In this document: piece by piece, positions 9,470 to 19,533 of the stretch
Layout: each line of letters begins with the position of its first letter
Numbering within the stretch: the stretch's first letter is position 1
IMG/VR virus record: IMGVR_UViG_3300020411_000002
Length of the DNA: 64,000 bases
Source of the DNA: a virus
Taxonomy: Duplodnaviria; Caudoviricetes
Direction: 5' to 3' (one strand)
Translations under genes and position numbers: made by a program
The notes under the pieces: model-generated
What the model was told of the DNA's origin: nothing
Database searches by the model: none
The model's input: the letters and a program-made list of their open reading frames with translations, nothing else

Positions 9470-11344
9470 ATGATTAACTTTAGTAACAGATACAGAAGTG
9501 GGCCCCCTACTCAAAGTAGAAAGATAACTGCGGGTGCTACAGGCACTAAGCGCTTGTCTGACTCACAGGTGTATCAGGAAAAAGATAGCCAACGCATAGC
9601 TGCACTAGCTAAGCGAGCAGGTTTATCAAGTACCAGTGATGCTATTCCTAGCGTTACTCAAATGCCGTTAAATATCGATACTGACCCTTTGATGGAAGGT
9701 ATGGATTACGACTTACATGACAAAGTTCTGTTTAATGTGTATCGTGATATGTACTGGCATGACCCTGTTTGTGGATCTGCTGTAGATATGTTTAGTACTT
9801 TACCGTTCAGTGAATTCTCTATCGGCGGTGCGAATGATAAGTTCCTTGATGCTTACCGTTCTGCAATTGAAGTACTAAACTTACGTAACATATTCTCCGA
9901 AATCTCTATTGACTATAAAGTTACTGGAGGTTTCTGCGGCAGTTTGTTGCACAACAAGCAATCTAAAAAGTTTATTGACTTGATGTGTCACAGATTAGAC
10001 AGCTTGGAAATCCACCAGCTATTTGCTTACGGACAAGACCCTATCATCATTCTAGAAATGGATAGAGAACTTCGTAAGACACTGCAAATGGAAAGCCCGC
10101 GTATTGAACGATTGAAGAAGAGCGTAGGTGAAGAGTTCTTTAACAAGCTAATGACTGATAGACTAGAGCTAGACCCTATCAGTACGCTATACGTGCCGCG
10201 TAGAACATTCACCCACTCTAACCCTACAAGTTACTTCAAGCGTGTACTTCCGATTTGGTTAATTGAAAAGAATCTTTATCGTGGTACATTGATTGAGTCA
10301 GGGCGTAGACAACGTGGTATCATGCATCTTCAAATTGGTGATGGTGATCAGTGGGAGCCGGGCCCAGAAGATTTTGAAATAATCTCAAACATGTTTACCA
10401 ATGCAGACGCTGACCCGATTGGTGCTGTAGTTGCGACACGACTAGGTGTTGCCGTAGACGAGCTTAGACAAGGTGGTGACTTCTGGAAAGTTACCGACTT
10501 GTGGAACGAAACTACATTCGTTAAAATGCGGGCACTTGGTATCTCAGAAGCATTCCTTTCTGGTGATGCATCTTACGCAAACATGGAAGGGTCTCTTACG
10601 GTCTTCGTTGAATCTATGAGAGCTTTCCGCGACAACTTAACACGCCGTATCTTCTACTCTAAAGTGTTTCCACTGGTAGCAATGATGCAAGGCTATACAA
10701 TCAATAAGCGTGGTAAGATTGTACAGAAAGAAGGTCTAATGCAGCAAGACAGCGAAGACATTCTACGTACTATGAATGATGGAAGTAAGTTATTTATACC
10801 TACTGTTCACTGGGCTAAGCAACTTAAACCAGAAGCAGATCAACAGTACATGGATATGTTACGCAGTCTTCAAGAAATGGGTGTTCCTGTTCCGCTACGT
10901 GCTATGGCGGCTGCTGGTGGATTCAACTTGGATTCGTTAATCAACAACCGCGAAGAAGACCTAGCTTTGCAGAAGCAGATTAACGACTATCAAGACGCAC
11001 TATCTAAGCTTAAACCTGCTGGTGCTGATGATGGTATGGGTGGTGGCGGTGGCTTTGGATCGTTCTCGTCTACATCAAGACCTAATGGGTTCAAGAGTCG
11101 TGTACTCGATGGATACAAACGCCAACCTAAACTGTACGAGCGTGACTTCGGTGAAGCAAGTGAGATTTATACAGTAAGTAAGTCTGGGCGCAAGAAGCAA
11201 CACGTATTCAGACAAGCAGTAGCTAATGAGAAAGCTAACGATAACATAGCAAAAGCGTTACGTAGCTTAGACCCAAATGCTAAGGCAGTATCTCATTTAT
11301 ACCAAGCAACGTCTACGGCTAAAAAGAACAAATCTAAGAAATGA
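9470..11344 (+). CDS. Probable portal protein
   Basis: 624 aa, downstream of terL; segments YWHDPVCGSAVD, LPIWLIEKNLY, KMRALGISEAFLSG fit jumbo-phage portal organisation; Gly-rich linker and basic C-terminal extension. Confidence 0.6.
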   Translation: MINFSNRYRSGPPTQSRKITAGATGTKRLSDSQVYQEKDSQRIAALAKRAGLSSTSDAIPSVTQMPLNIDTDPLMEGMDYDLHDKVLFNVYRDMYWHDPVCGSAVDMFSTLPFSEFSIGGANDKFLDAYRSAIEVLNLRNIFSEISIDYKVTGGFCGSLLHNKQSKKFIDLMCHRLDSLEIHQLFAYGQDPIIILEMDRELRKTLQMESPRIERLKKSVGEEFFNKLMTDRLELDPISTLYVPRRTFTHSNPTSYFKRVLPIWLIEKNLYRGTLIESGRRQRGIMHLQIGDGDQWEPGPEDFEIISNMFTNADADPIGAVVATRLGVAVDELRQGGDFWKVTDLWNETTFVKMRALGISEAFLSGDASYANMEGSLTVFVESMRAFRDNLTRRIFYSKVFPLVAMMQGYTINKRGKIVQKEGLMQQDSEDILRTMNDGSKLFIPTVHWAKQLKPEADQQYMDMLRSLQEMGVPVPLRAMAAAGGFNLDSLINNREEDLALQKQINDYQDALSKLKPAGADDGMGGGGGFGSFSSTSRPNGFKSRVLDGYKRQPKLYERDFGEASEIYTVSKSGRKKQHVFRQAVANEKANDNIAKALRSLDPNAKAVSHLYQATSTAKKNKSKK

Positions 11345-12285
11345 TTGAAAAGCAACTTGATACGCTAAAGACTAGACAGATACTAGGTTTGGTCTTTAGC
11401 TATCTTTTTAAACGGCATATTACTCGCTTGCGTCAGAGAGCGACTGAGCTTAAAAACGATTTGTTCTACCGTCCATTAGGTCGTATTACTGTAACATACC
11501 ACTCTATTTCTGATAAACTGTTCAGTAAGATGTATGACAAAGGAATCCTTAAAAAGCCTCGTGATAGTCTGGAAGTAGAGTTTGATAGAAAAACAGATAT
11601 CTGCTTCAACAAGATTCTAATACCCAAACTTCTTACTTTGTGTCAGGAAAAAGAGCAAGGCAATAGTTATATATTGGCTGTGCAAAATAGCTCACCTTGT
11701 TTCTCAGCGCTTGGCGGTTATCTCTATAAAGATTACATAAACAGAAACGAATTTGAAATATCTAATTTTCCGTATAGTAAAAGCTTTGTAGGAGGTAATG
11801 CAGTAAACTCTATTTGGTCGAAGAACCTTAAAACCTCTTTCGATAAAGATTTCGAAAAGATGATACTCGATTCTATGGATATCGATGTTCCGTATTCTAT
11901 AAGCCCTAATAGTCATGCGTACTACAGTAGAGGTTTTATTAACATTGCACATTGGTTCACTGTTATAATGATGCAGAACGAACAAGTTGATTTCTTTATA
12001 GAAAGGTTCTTACGGTCTTATATGCGACTAGTACATTTAGAGCAAAGAAAGTTAAACGTATCAAGTCCTTACATTGCCAATCTTGTTAAGAAGTGGGAAT
12101 CTGATTTGGTACAAGACTTTACGCTTGGTGTTACTTTGATAGGGTTGTCCGAATACGCTGTAATGTATAACTCGTTGCCTACGACTATTAGAACTCGCGT
12201 TCCAGCATTCAAGGCACGAAACAGTTATGAACGTCAAGGTGTGTATCGACCACCTATTCAGAAATTTGAGGAATTAAGACAGTGA
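11341..12285 (+). CDS. Hypothetical protein
   Basis: 314-aa ORF, ATGA overlap with portal. Confidence 0.75.
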   Translation: MIEKQLDTLKTRQILGLVFSYLFKRHITRLRQRATELKNDLFYRPLGRITVTYHSISDKLFSKMYDKGILKKPRDSLEVEFDRKTDICFNKILIPKLLTLCQEKEQGNSYILAVQNSSPCFSALGGYLYKDYINRNEFEISNFPYSKSFVGGNAVNSIWSKNLKTSFDKDFEKMILDSMDIDVPYSISPNSHAYYSRGFINIAHWFTVIMMQNEQVDFFIERFLRSYMRLVHLEQRKLNVSSPYIANLVKKWESDLVQDFTLGVTLIGLSEYAVMYNSLPTTIRTRVPAFKARNSYERQGVYRPPIQKFEELRQ

Positions 12286-12674
12286 TATCTTTAAGTAAAG
12301 ATTTAGAAAATCCTGATTTGTTTAGAGAATGGCAGGCTGCTAACCCAGACTCTGTATTTAGAATTCTTGTTCAGGAGAAAACACTACTTCAGTGCGGAAT
12401 GTTAGCAACGTTTTACGTTGAAGACGATGACGTTAAGTATAGATTTGCACCTATACGGTCCTTTTCTTCTGAGATTGATTACTCAGTTTTTGACAAGTCT
12501 AAATTTGAACTAATTAACAAGTCAACTGACATTCCTGTAGAACTCTTTCAACCGTTTGGAATGTTTCACTTGCGATTTGGTATGTGGAAGAAAGGTTACG
12601 CTACTGGCAAGTGTTTTGTAGTCGATAGTTACGATAGGTCAATTAAGCCATTTGGTATTGATTATGAATCTTAG
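12282..12674 (+). CDS. Hypothetical protein
   Basis: 130-aa ORF, GTGA overlap. Confidence 0.7.
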   Translation: MISLSKDLENPDLFREWQAANPDSVFRILVQEKTLLQCGMLATFYVEDDDVKYRFAPIRSFSSEIDYSVFDKSKFELINKSTDIPVELFQPFGMFHLRFGMWKKGYATGKCFVVDSYDRSIKPFGIDYES

Positions 12675-12942
12675 TGCGTGGTACTCAGAAAAATTCAACA
12701 AACCCGAAAAAGACTATCTAGATGAATCGAATAAAATAGATTTGTCTATGTTAGAAATTGATCAACTGATAAAGTTTACTAAAGCCCTAGCGGATGAAGT
12801 AGGCTCAAAGCTGTACGACCAAGAAAAAGAGTTACCAGTTAATATAGGTGACCCAGACTTTGCGTACTTATTTTATTTTACTGTGCTTGCAAGCTCTAAT
12901 AAAAAGATTCTTGAGGCATTACACAATTCAATGGAGCGATAA
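12652..12942 (+). CDS. Hypothetical protein (start may be ATG 12664)
   Basis: ORF fills the operon gap. Confidence 0.7.
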   Translation: MVLIMNLSAWYSEKFNKPEKDYLDESNKIDLSMLEIDQLIKFTKALADEVGSKLYDQEKELPVNIGDPDFAYLFYFTVLASSNKKILEALHNSMER

Positions 12943-12944
12943 AC

Positions 12945-13388
12945 ATGTCTGACGAATTATTTTCATCATACGATTACAACCCTGAACAGACTTCACTCGT
13001 TGTACTTACTAACGACTACGGTTTCGATTTTGTATTTTCATCATTTGAAGATTGGCTTGGCGAAGAGCGAGTTCAAGAATATCTTGATGATGAATACGAT
13101 AAGTCCGAGCTTCTGGGTGATGTGTATTCTTATCTATCTCTTTTAATTACTGAATTAGCCGAATCTGATGACAGCTTCATGATGATCACTCAGTCTTTGC
13201 GTATCGGTTCAGTTCTTATTGTTACAGTAGAGCTTTCGGCTGACGCACTTAAAGAGTTAGGTGACCAGTATTCTAACTCTAGTGAAATCGAAGCAATGGT
13301 CTTTACTGATGAAGATGAAGACGGCGTTCCTGCCGACGAAGACGATGATGAAGACGAGGAAGACGAGGAAGACGAGTGGAAGGTCTAG
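12945..13388 (+). CDS. Highly acidic protein (46 D/E versus 5 K/R in 147 aa)
   Basis: Composition counted from the translation; poly-D/E C-terminal tail; GGAG SD. Confidence 0.8.
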   Translation: MSDELFSSYDYNPEQTSLVVLTNDYGFDFVFSSFEDWLGEERVQEYLDDEYDKSELLGDVYSYLSLLITELAESDDSFMMITQSLRIGSVLIVTVELSADALKELGDQYSNSSEIEAMVFTDEDEDGVPADEDDDEDEEDEEDEWKV

Positions 13389-13690
13389 TAAGACTTTTTA
13401 CTCAACAATGTCTTAGCGTTCACAACATTAGAACCAATGACAAACAGGGTATTATTACAGTTGCTTTAGTATCTGGAAACAAAGCAGATGCAGACAAGTA
13501 TAAAGAATCAATCTTTTACTCTTACGAGCAATTGTATCCTCTAGAGTATCCTAAAAACTTCATCGTAGTTTACTTAAATGGGAATCTGTTTAACGATAAC
13601 TATCAATCTGTATATGACTGGGTTTCTAGTATGATAGAATCCAAACGAATAGACAGTGACAAAGAAGTTGTCTATGGTTACGAAAAATAA
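13376..13690 (+). CDS. Hypothetical protein
   Basis: 104-aa ORF overlapping neighbours in operon. Confidence 0.7.
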   Translation: MEGLVRLFTQQCLSVHNIRTNDKQGIITVALVSGNKADADKYKESIFYSYEQLYPLEYPKNFIVVYLNGNLFNDNYQSVYDWVSSMIESKRIDSDKEVVYGYEK

Positions 13691-14192
13691 AATAGAAGCA
13701 GTGGCCCGTTGTGGCTGCTGCTTTGATTCTCCACAGCATTGTCAAATACATAATGAACCGTACGTATCGTATGGTAACACACATAATAAAAAACTACGTC
13801 ACAACTCTGTAGGCTTAGACCTCTTTCGCTCCTCTCTTAATTCCTTTCTAGACCTTCATATCTTTTCTGATAATGTTATTGTAGAGAATCCGACTAAATC
13901 GCAGTTGCGCATTCTTAAACGTAATGTAAGAAATCTCATTGTTATTGGTACTGGTAAAAACCGAATAGGTTCAATTCCTTTCTATTCTACACATAAGCAA
14001 ATTGACTACGATTCTCTAGAGCAATTCATGATGCTTCACGGTCGTGCAGGATATAGTTGGTTTAACTTATCATACGGGTCTTTTTATCAGTATGCTATGG
14101 ACATTGTACACACGCCATATTTACCAGTGTATAGAATATTCAAATCTCAGTCTTACAGGGACACGATGTTGAATATTAAAAACTGTAAATAG
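13656..14192 (+). CDS. Hypothetical protein with N-terminal Cys/His cluster
   Basis: CGCC...HCQIH near the N-terminus; start uncertain. Confidence 0.7.
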   Translation: MTKKLSMVTKNKIEAVARCGCCFDSPQHCQIHNEPYVSYGNTHNKKLRHNSVGLDLFRSSLNSFLDLHIFSDNVIVENPTKSQLRILKRNVRNLIVIGTGKNRIGSIPFYSTHKQIDYDSLEQFMMLHGRAGYSWFNLSYGSFYQYAMDIVHTPYLPVYRIFKSQSYRDTMLNIKNCK

Positions 14193-14224
14193 AACTATAA
14201 GAATCAAAGAAGTGAACAAACATC

Positions 14225-15310
14225 ATGCGCGAATTTGGAGCCTCTAAGAAGGCAAAGAAACAACCACAAGTCAAAGCACGACTTCCAATAGTGCATTTAA
14301 TAGATGGTAACAACTGGGTTAATCGAGCTTACTACGCTACACCTGTTCTTCATACGTCAGATGGTATTCCTACCAACGGTGTGAAAGGGTTTATCAACAT
14401 GGTAAACGGTCTGTATAATCTGATTCAGTCTAAGAAACAAGTGCCTTATATTGTTATCTGTTTTGATATTCCTCGTAAAGAAACGTTTCGATATGATGTG
14501 TTTACTCAATGGGCAAAAGAAGAACCTGAATTGGTAGAAGCACTCTTTCCAAAGAAAGAAGAGCGGTCTTACAAAGGCAATCGTAAAGTAAGTGAACATA
14601 CTTATGAAGACTTGCACGAGCAGATTGAAATTTGCAAAACTTTGTGCAAGATAGCTGGATTTACTGTTCTTGACGGACGAAAGATTAATCAGCCCGTTGA
14701 AGCCGATGATATTATTGGTACACTCGCTTGGAGATTGAAAGGCTGTCTTCGAATGATTCACAGTCGAGACAAAGACTTCAAGCAGTTGTTAACTAAGCAC
14801 CATATTCGACTATGGCAACCTGAACAGCAAAACTCGCCAGCTAAGCTGTACACTAAGAACAACATGTACGGTCAAGACGGTCTTCACCCACATCAGTATG
14901 TAGACTATCTAATTATGGATGGTGATAAAGTTGATAACATTGCTGGTATCCCAGGTTGTGGTGCAACTACTGCTATCAAGCTTCTTGATCGTTGGGGAAG
15001 TCTCGATAACATAATTGAAAAGCACGGTCGCATTACAGGCCACCCAGATAGAAAAGTAGCACTTACTGCTGCTGGTGTTCCACAGCCTGTAAAGATTGTG
15101 AACGAGAAAGGAAAGAAAGTAGATCATCCTACTTTGAAAGAACCTGTTCCTTGTCCCAATTTCGAAGTAAGTAGAAAGCTTGCTAAAATTAAAACAGACG
15201 TTAAGAATGTTCCACTTTCTCTTAGCAAGTTGAAAATGGGTAAGCCTGACAACGAGGCACTAAAGCGTTGGAAAGAAGACTTAGAGTTTAATCAATTGTT
15301 TTGGGTTTAA
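14225..15310 (+). CDS. 5'-3' exonuclease / flap endonuclease (Pol I N-terminal, T4 RNase H family)
   Basis: LIDGNN, EADDIIGTLA, SRDKDFKQL, DGDKVDNIAGIPGCGATTAIKLL (H3TH) motifs. Confidence 0.93.
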   Translation: MREFGASKKAKKQPQVKARLPIVHLIDGNNWVNRAYYATPVLHTSDGIPTNGVKGFINMVNGLYNLIQSKKQVPYIVICFDIPRKETFRYDVFTQWAKEEPELVEALFPKKEERSYKGNRKVSEHTYEDLHEQIEICKTLCKIAGFTVLDGRKINQPVEADDIIGTLAWRLKGCLRMIHSRDKDFKQLLTKHHIRLWQPEQQNSPAKLYTKNNMYGQDGLHPHQYVDYLIMDGDKVDNIAGIPGCGATTAIKLLDRWGSLDNIIEKHGRITGHPDRKVALTAAGVPQPVKIVNEKGKKVDHPTLKEPVPCPNFEVSRKLAKIKTDVKNVPLSLSKLKMGKPDNEALKRWKEDLEFNQLFWV

Positions 15311-15311
15311 A

Positions 15312-15956
15312 ATGTATTTCATAGAATTAGCAAAAGAAAACAACTATCTATCAACAGCACTGCAATTCGATTTCGATAAAGACCTAGTTAAGCGATTACG
15401 CGAGAATTATAAATACTTTGAAAGAGATACTGGTGGTCTTGCTGCTGAGGGTGACGAAGGCGATAGAGAAGATTTTTCTATTCGCAGAGTAGATATGTAC
15501 AGCTTCGATTTCAACTCAGAAGATTTCGAAGGGGTGTCTGACGGTTCTGAAAAGCAACAAGAAATTCAAGAGCTTATTGGTGAAGTCCATGCAGAGCTTG
15601 AAGAGGTTATAGAAGCTGCAAACAAGTACTTCGAATTTGACCTGTATGGTATTGAAGAGACTATCAATCTACTACATTACCATAACGCTGATAACACTGT
15701 TCCCGGTCACTATGTAGGTCATAATGACATTGGTGAAGGTTCAATCAGTCGTCGTAAGCTTACTGTTATTGTACAACTGTCTGACGAGTCCGAATACGAC
15801 GGTTGTACTTTGAATATAAGCGCTTATGGTGACGCAGACAAAAGCATTGGTAACGTTATTGTATTTCCATCTTACTTGGAACATTCCGTAAGTCCTATCG
15901 AGCGTGGTGAAAGATTTTGTCTTAACGTATGGGTTCACGGACCTACTTTTAGATAA
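15312..15956 (+). CDS. 2OG-Fe(II) oxygenase (prolyl-4-hydroxylase-like/PKHD type)
   Basis: HxD (HND), RKLTVIVQLS, YDGCTL, FPSYLEHSV, GERFCLNVW. Confidence 0.9.
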   Translation: MYFIELAKENNYLSTALQFDFDKDLVKRLRENYKYFERDTGGLAAEGDEGDREDFSIRRVDMYSFDFNSEDFEGVSDGSEKQQEIQELIGEVHAELEEVIEAANKYFEFDLYGIEETINLLHYHNADNTVPGHYVGHNDIGEGSISRRKLTVIVQLSDESEYDGCTLNISAYGDADKSIGNVIVFPSYLEHSVSPIERGERFCLNVWVHGPTFR

Positions 15957-15968
15957 GAGGAAATAAAT

Positions 15969-16226
15969 ATGTCTAAAGCAGATACCAATTATGTTCAAGG
16001 CATTATCGCTTTATGTTTATTTATTGGTTTTATTGGTTGTTTACTAGTGTGGACGCTGACTGACAGTTACTTCATGCACATGTTGTTTCCGGCTATTACA
16101 GGTATTCTACTTATTGTAAATGTGTTTATACAAGATTTAGATAGTTTAGCTAAAACAATAGATTCGTGTGTTTGGTTACTAGTCACTGTAGTAGTTCTTG
16201 CCTTAGTACACGGACTAAGTTATTAA
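15969..16226 (+). CDS. Small membrane protein (about 3 TM segments)
   Basis: Three hydrophobic stretches; GAGG SD. Confidence 0.7.
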   Translation: MSKADTNYVQGIIALCLFIGFIGCLLVWTLTDSYFMHMLFPAITGILLIVNVFIQDLDSLAKTIDSCVWLLVTVVVLALVHGLSY

Positions 16227-16248
16227 TATTCATTTAAGGAGTTTTTAA

Positions 16249-16833
16249 ATGGCATCATTAGAAAAATTGCAGTCGCTGCAAGAGTTTGGTGTAGGTTCAA
16301 AAAAGAATTATGTTGAGACAGTGGAAGGTAATGCCTTAACTGTTTTCACTAAATACATGAAATGCCCATTTGGTATTCTTGTTACTGATACCAATCCGCA
16401 TTTTGTTCCAATGATGGGAATACAGAAAGACACGTTCCGTAGTTTCCCTATGCTTCACGAGCTTAACGGACAGTTTGGTGAATGTCACTTGGTTAAAGTA
16501 GTTACCACTATTGAACCTACTCGACCCAATCAAAAACCAATTGAACGTCAGGGACACGTTGCTGCACTTGTTATTCACAAAGTCCTTAAAGACAAGAATG
16601 ATAAGTCTAAAGCCTCGGACGCCCAAGATGCACCAAAGATTTATGACTCGTTCCGCACATCAGTTGCTGGAATGCTTGAATCTGCTAAGTCTCTTGGCGT
16701 TAACATTGGTATGAATCAAATGGGTGAAGGTCGTCGATGGGATAATTTCCTCACTATTCTTAATGAAGAAGCTGAACGCATTGGATTTAATGGTCGCATT
16801 ATCGCCTACAGACGAAGACAGTCTAAGTCATGA
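16249..16833 (+). CDS. Macrodomain-like protein (degenerate)
   Basis: VEGNA...TDTNPHFVPMMG...FP...FG...YDSFR...IGMNQMGEG..W follows macrodomain motif order; glycine loops diverged. Confidence 0.5.
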   Translation: MASLEKLQSLQEFGVGSKKNYVETVEGNALTVFTKYMKCPFGILVTDTNPHFVPMMGIQKDTFRSFPMLHELNGQFGECHLVKVVTTIEPTRPNQKPIERQGHVAALVIHKVLKDKNDKSKASDAQDAPKIYDSFRTSVAGMLESAKSLGVNIGMNQMGEGRRWDNFLTILNEEAERIGFNGRIIAYRRRQSKS

Positions 16834-17432
16834 TAACAGACTTATATGAAGTGCCTGATGAAGTGGGAATTATAGACTTCCTCTTTTTAACAGGTGAGAT
16901 ACTTTCAGCAAGACAAAACCAAGAAGTAAAACCTAGTGGTAAGGTAGTTACGTTCTCTTCTATTACCAAAATAATGGGAACTATAGAATGCAATGGAGCA
17001 AAGCAGAGCGTTCTATTGAATTACGTTACCAAAGTCACCCATCATCGAAAAGGTGAAGATTACATAAATCCTATTCCTAACATATATTCAGAAAATGCTC
17101 TTACTGAATCTTTGACGGGTGATTTTGCAGGTGATTGGAATTTATCTCACTACGTCATCAGTGTGACTAACGAAGAAGAAGATACGGATACTTGCATCTT
17201 CTGCAATAGTGCATTCATAGGTTTAGAAGATAAAGTTTCTCTACACGTTATTGAAATGATAAACCGTTTTCTTTTTGAAAAAGAAAGAATGAACGCACGT
17301 AAACAATACGAAGCTTTGAAGTTCGCTAAATGTAGTAACGGACTTGGGTTGATACCTAAAATAGAAAGCTTTGAACGAGGAAAAACTAAAAATGTCAGAA
17401 TTAAAAACATGGGAGATAGCTCTTCTTCCTGA
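16830..17432 (+). CDS. Hypothetical protein
   Basis: 200-aa ORF, ATGA overlap. Confidence 0.7.
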   Translation: MITDLYEVPDEVGIIDFLFLTGEILSARQNQEVKPSGKVVTFSSITKIMGTIECNGAKQSVLLNYVTKVTHHRKGEDYINPIPNIYSENALTESLTGDFAGDWNLSHYVISVTNEEEDTDTCIFCNSAFIGLEDKVSLHVIEMINRFLFEKERMNARKQYEALKFAKCSNGLGLIPKIESFERGKTKNVRIKNMGDSSSS

Positions 17433-18003
17433 CAGACGAACGCCTGAGTCTATATCGGCTGCATCTATAATCTCTTCTATATTGGAAGATAGTCTAATCG
17501 ATATGTCTACGCAAAACAAAAACGGTGAAGGCATACTAACTTTTGATGTAGAAACTTTAGGTCACGAATACTTGGATTTCTTCTTCTCTTTGTTTGGTAA
17601 GAAGTTTCCTGTTACTATTGGACGTAAGCGAAAGAACTCTGCCTATCTACAGGTATTATCTAAAATGTTATTTGGATTCGATATAATGGTTCGACTGACT
17701 TACGAAGACCACATCGAATACTTAGTTCTTGAAGGTTTGATGTTTGAGCCTAAATTAAGCCGCGTTGATCCTAGTCGCGACTTAACGACAATCAATCTGT
17801 ATGCAATTTCATCTGGATACCAATCAATACAAACTGCTCCAAACGATTTTATTACATTTTCGTTTGCTAATAGCAGGACGTTTTTGGAATCTGAGGTAGG
17901 TGTACCTATGGTAGAAGTACAACTAAAAAATAAAACTATAGCCATAGATATGTTTGAACTTGTCAAAAGAAGAAAGCGTTTAATTGAAATTCTTTCTTCT
18001 TAG
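17392..18003 (+). CDS. Hypothetical protein
   Basis: ATG 17392 has GAGG SD (ORF track starts at 17371). Confidence 0.7.
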   Translation: MSELKTWEIALLPDRRTPESISAASIISSILEDSLIDMSTQNKNGEGILTFDVETLGHEYLDFFFSLFGKKFPVTIGRKRKNSAYLQVLSKMLFGFDIMVRLTYEDHIEYLVLEGLMFEPKLSRVDPSRDLTTINLYAISSGYQSIQTAPNDFITFSFANSRTFLESEVGVPMVEVQLKNKTIAIDMFELVKRRKRLIEILSS

Positions 18004-18817
18004 TAAGGTGGGGCGTTGCCCCACTTTAAGAGTAAAGCTAATGCATATAACTAGATATTTTGTTCCGATGTTGCTTTGCAATAGCTGGAACAATTACGCG
18101 CAAAAAGAAAGATTAAGTAGAGTCTTCATAGAACTAAAAAGAAAATATGATTGTACTCTACATTTGGACATACGTGGGTTCTCAGGGCTATTTCCTGCTT
18201 TTGAAAAATATCACGTTCCTAGTGAAATGTTTTATCGAAATAGACTAGCCACCTCTTATCTAGGTACAGATATGTACAAGCATAAGATGAAAGCAAAGTC
18301 TAAGCAAAACGAAAAGATTTTTAACCTTATTTTCGATAATCTATCAACTGATTTTAGTTTTCTGTATGACACCGTTAGGACTTATGCAGAATACGCAAAC
18401 AGTAAGTACAGAACGCAAACACAATTTCTAGTTAGAAATAATACGGTGTTTCCTGTAGTTGCTGTGTTCGATAAGCTAGATAGCCAGATGAATCCTGCAT
18501 TCGAGCCTCCAAAAGACGAGGTATGGATTGAAATACCTAGAAACGTACTAGCATCTATTATGTACGACGATTCATCGGCTGACTATAACATCTTGGATAA
18601 AATGAAGCAGTTAATTTCCACGAATCAATTTTCTAATGATTGGGTTGTTCTTCAAACTCTGACTCCTTTGATTGAAAAATATAATAAAGAGTCTGGGTCT
18701 TGGCCTAAGTATAAACGTCAAGAGATTGAAAACCAAATCACTACTTTAACAGATATTGCACAACGATGTGGACTTGATATCGATGTAGTTCTATCTAAAG
18801 CAGGAGCTAAGGTATGA
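17984..18817 (+). CDS. Hypothetical protein (start uncertain)
   Basis: Long ORF filling the operon gap. Confidence 0.7.
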   Translation: MKFFLLSKVGRCPTLRVKLMHITRYFVPMLLCNSWNNYAQKERLSRVFIELKRKYDCTLHLDIRGFSGLFPAFEKYHVPSEMFYRNRLATSYLGTDMYKHKMKAKSKQNEKIFNLIFDNLSTDFSFLYDTVRTYAEYANSKYRTQTQFLVRNNTVFPVVAVFDKLDSQMNPAFEPPKDEVWIEIPRNVLASIMYDDSSADYNILDKMKQLISTNQFSNDWVVLQTLTPLIEKYNKESGSWPKYKRQEIENQITTLTDIAQRCGLDIDVVLSKAGAKV

Positions 18818-19530
18818 CAACGTGTATAGGAATTCAAAGCAAAGATAGTGTTCATCTTTGTGTAGATTCTAGATTGACCGGAATGAACTATATAGGTAGT
18901 GAAACTACTCAGAAAGCATTTAGTGTAGGTAAAAACTACATTTGCTTTTCTGGGTATGCTGACGTTACACATTTAGTAAAGCGCGTTCTTATTCAGATAC
19001 AGGCTGGTGGGTTTAATTCTATTGACGCATTCAGCGCTTTGGGAATAAAAGAAAACTCTTTTGAGTACCATAGCTTGCTATATTTCCTCGACTTAGACAG
19101 AAAACAAAGCAGAGACTTTTCAGAAGAAGCCTTAAATTTTGAAGGTCTATCTTTGTTTTGGAAAATGCTTACTCTTGCAGTGAAGCATAACACTTGCGTT
19201 CTAGGTTCTGAATCTGAGTGCAGTGTCGATACTTACGCTGACTGTTTGATAGCTACTCCACACGGTCTGTTCCATATAACATCAGACGGCAGCGTAGCGA
19301 AAGGTAGACTTCTCGGTATAGGTTCTGGCTCTAGAATTGCAATTGGTGCAGTGTTAGGTTCATTAGAGCAAGTTGGTACAGAGACAAACATCGAAGCCTT
19401 CTTAACAGGCGCACTCGATAAGTATCACGACATTCCTTTTCTTTTGTCTAATGCTGTACGCGCAACTAGTCTGCTAGATCCAAACACTAATGCAAACGCT
19501 AAGACCTATCAAATTAAATTAGAGGTGTAA
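18814..19530 (+). CDS. HslV/proteasome-beta-like Ntn threonine protease
   Basis: M-T-T-C-I-G N-terminus (Thr nucleophile), DSRLT, QK, FSG, GIGSGS..AIGA motifs; GGAG SD. Confidence 0.75.
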   Translation: MTTCIGIQSKDSVHLCVDSRLTGMNYIGSETTQKAFSVGKNYICFSGYADVTHLVKRVLIQIQAGGFNSIDAFSALGIKENSFEYHSLLYFLDLDRKQSRDFSEEALNFEGLSLFWKMLTLAVKHNTCVLGSESECSVDTYADCLIATPHGLFHITSDGSVAKGRLLGIGSGSRIAIGAVLGSLEQVGTETNIEAFLTGALDKYHDIPFLLSNAVRATSLLDPNTNANAKTYQIKLEV

Positions 19531-19533
19531 CTT

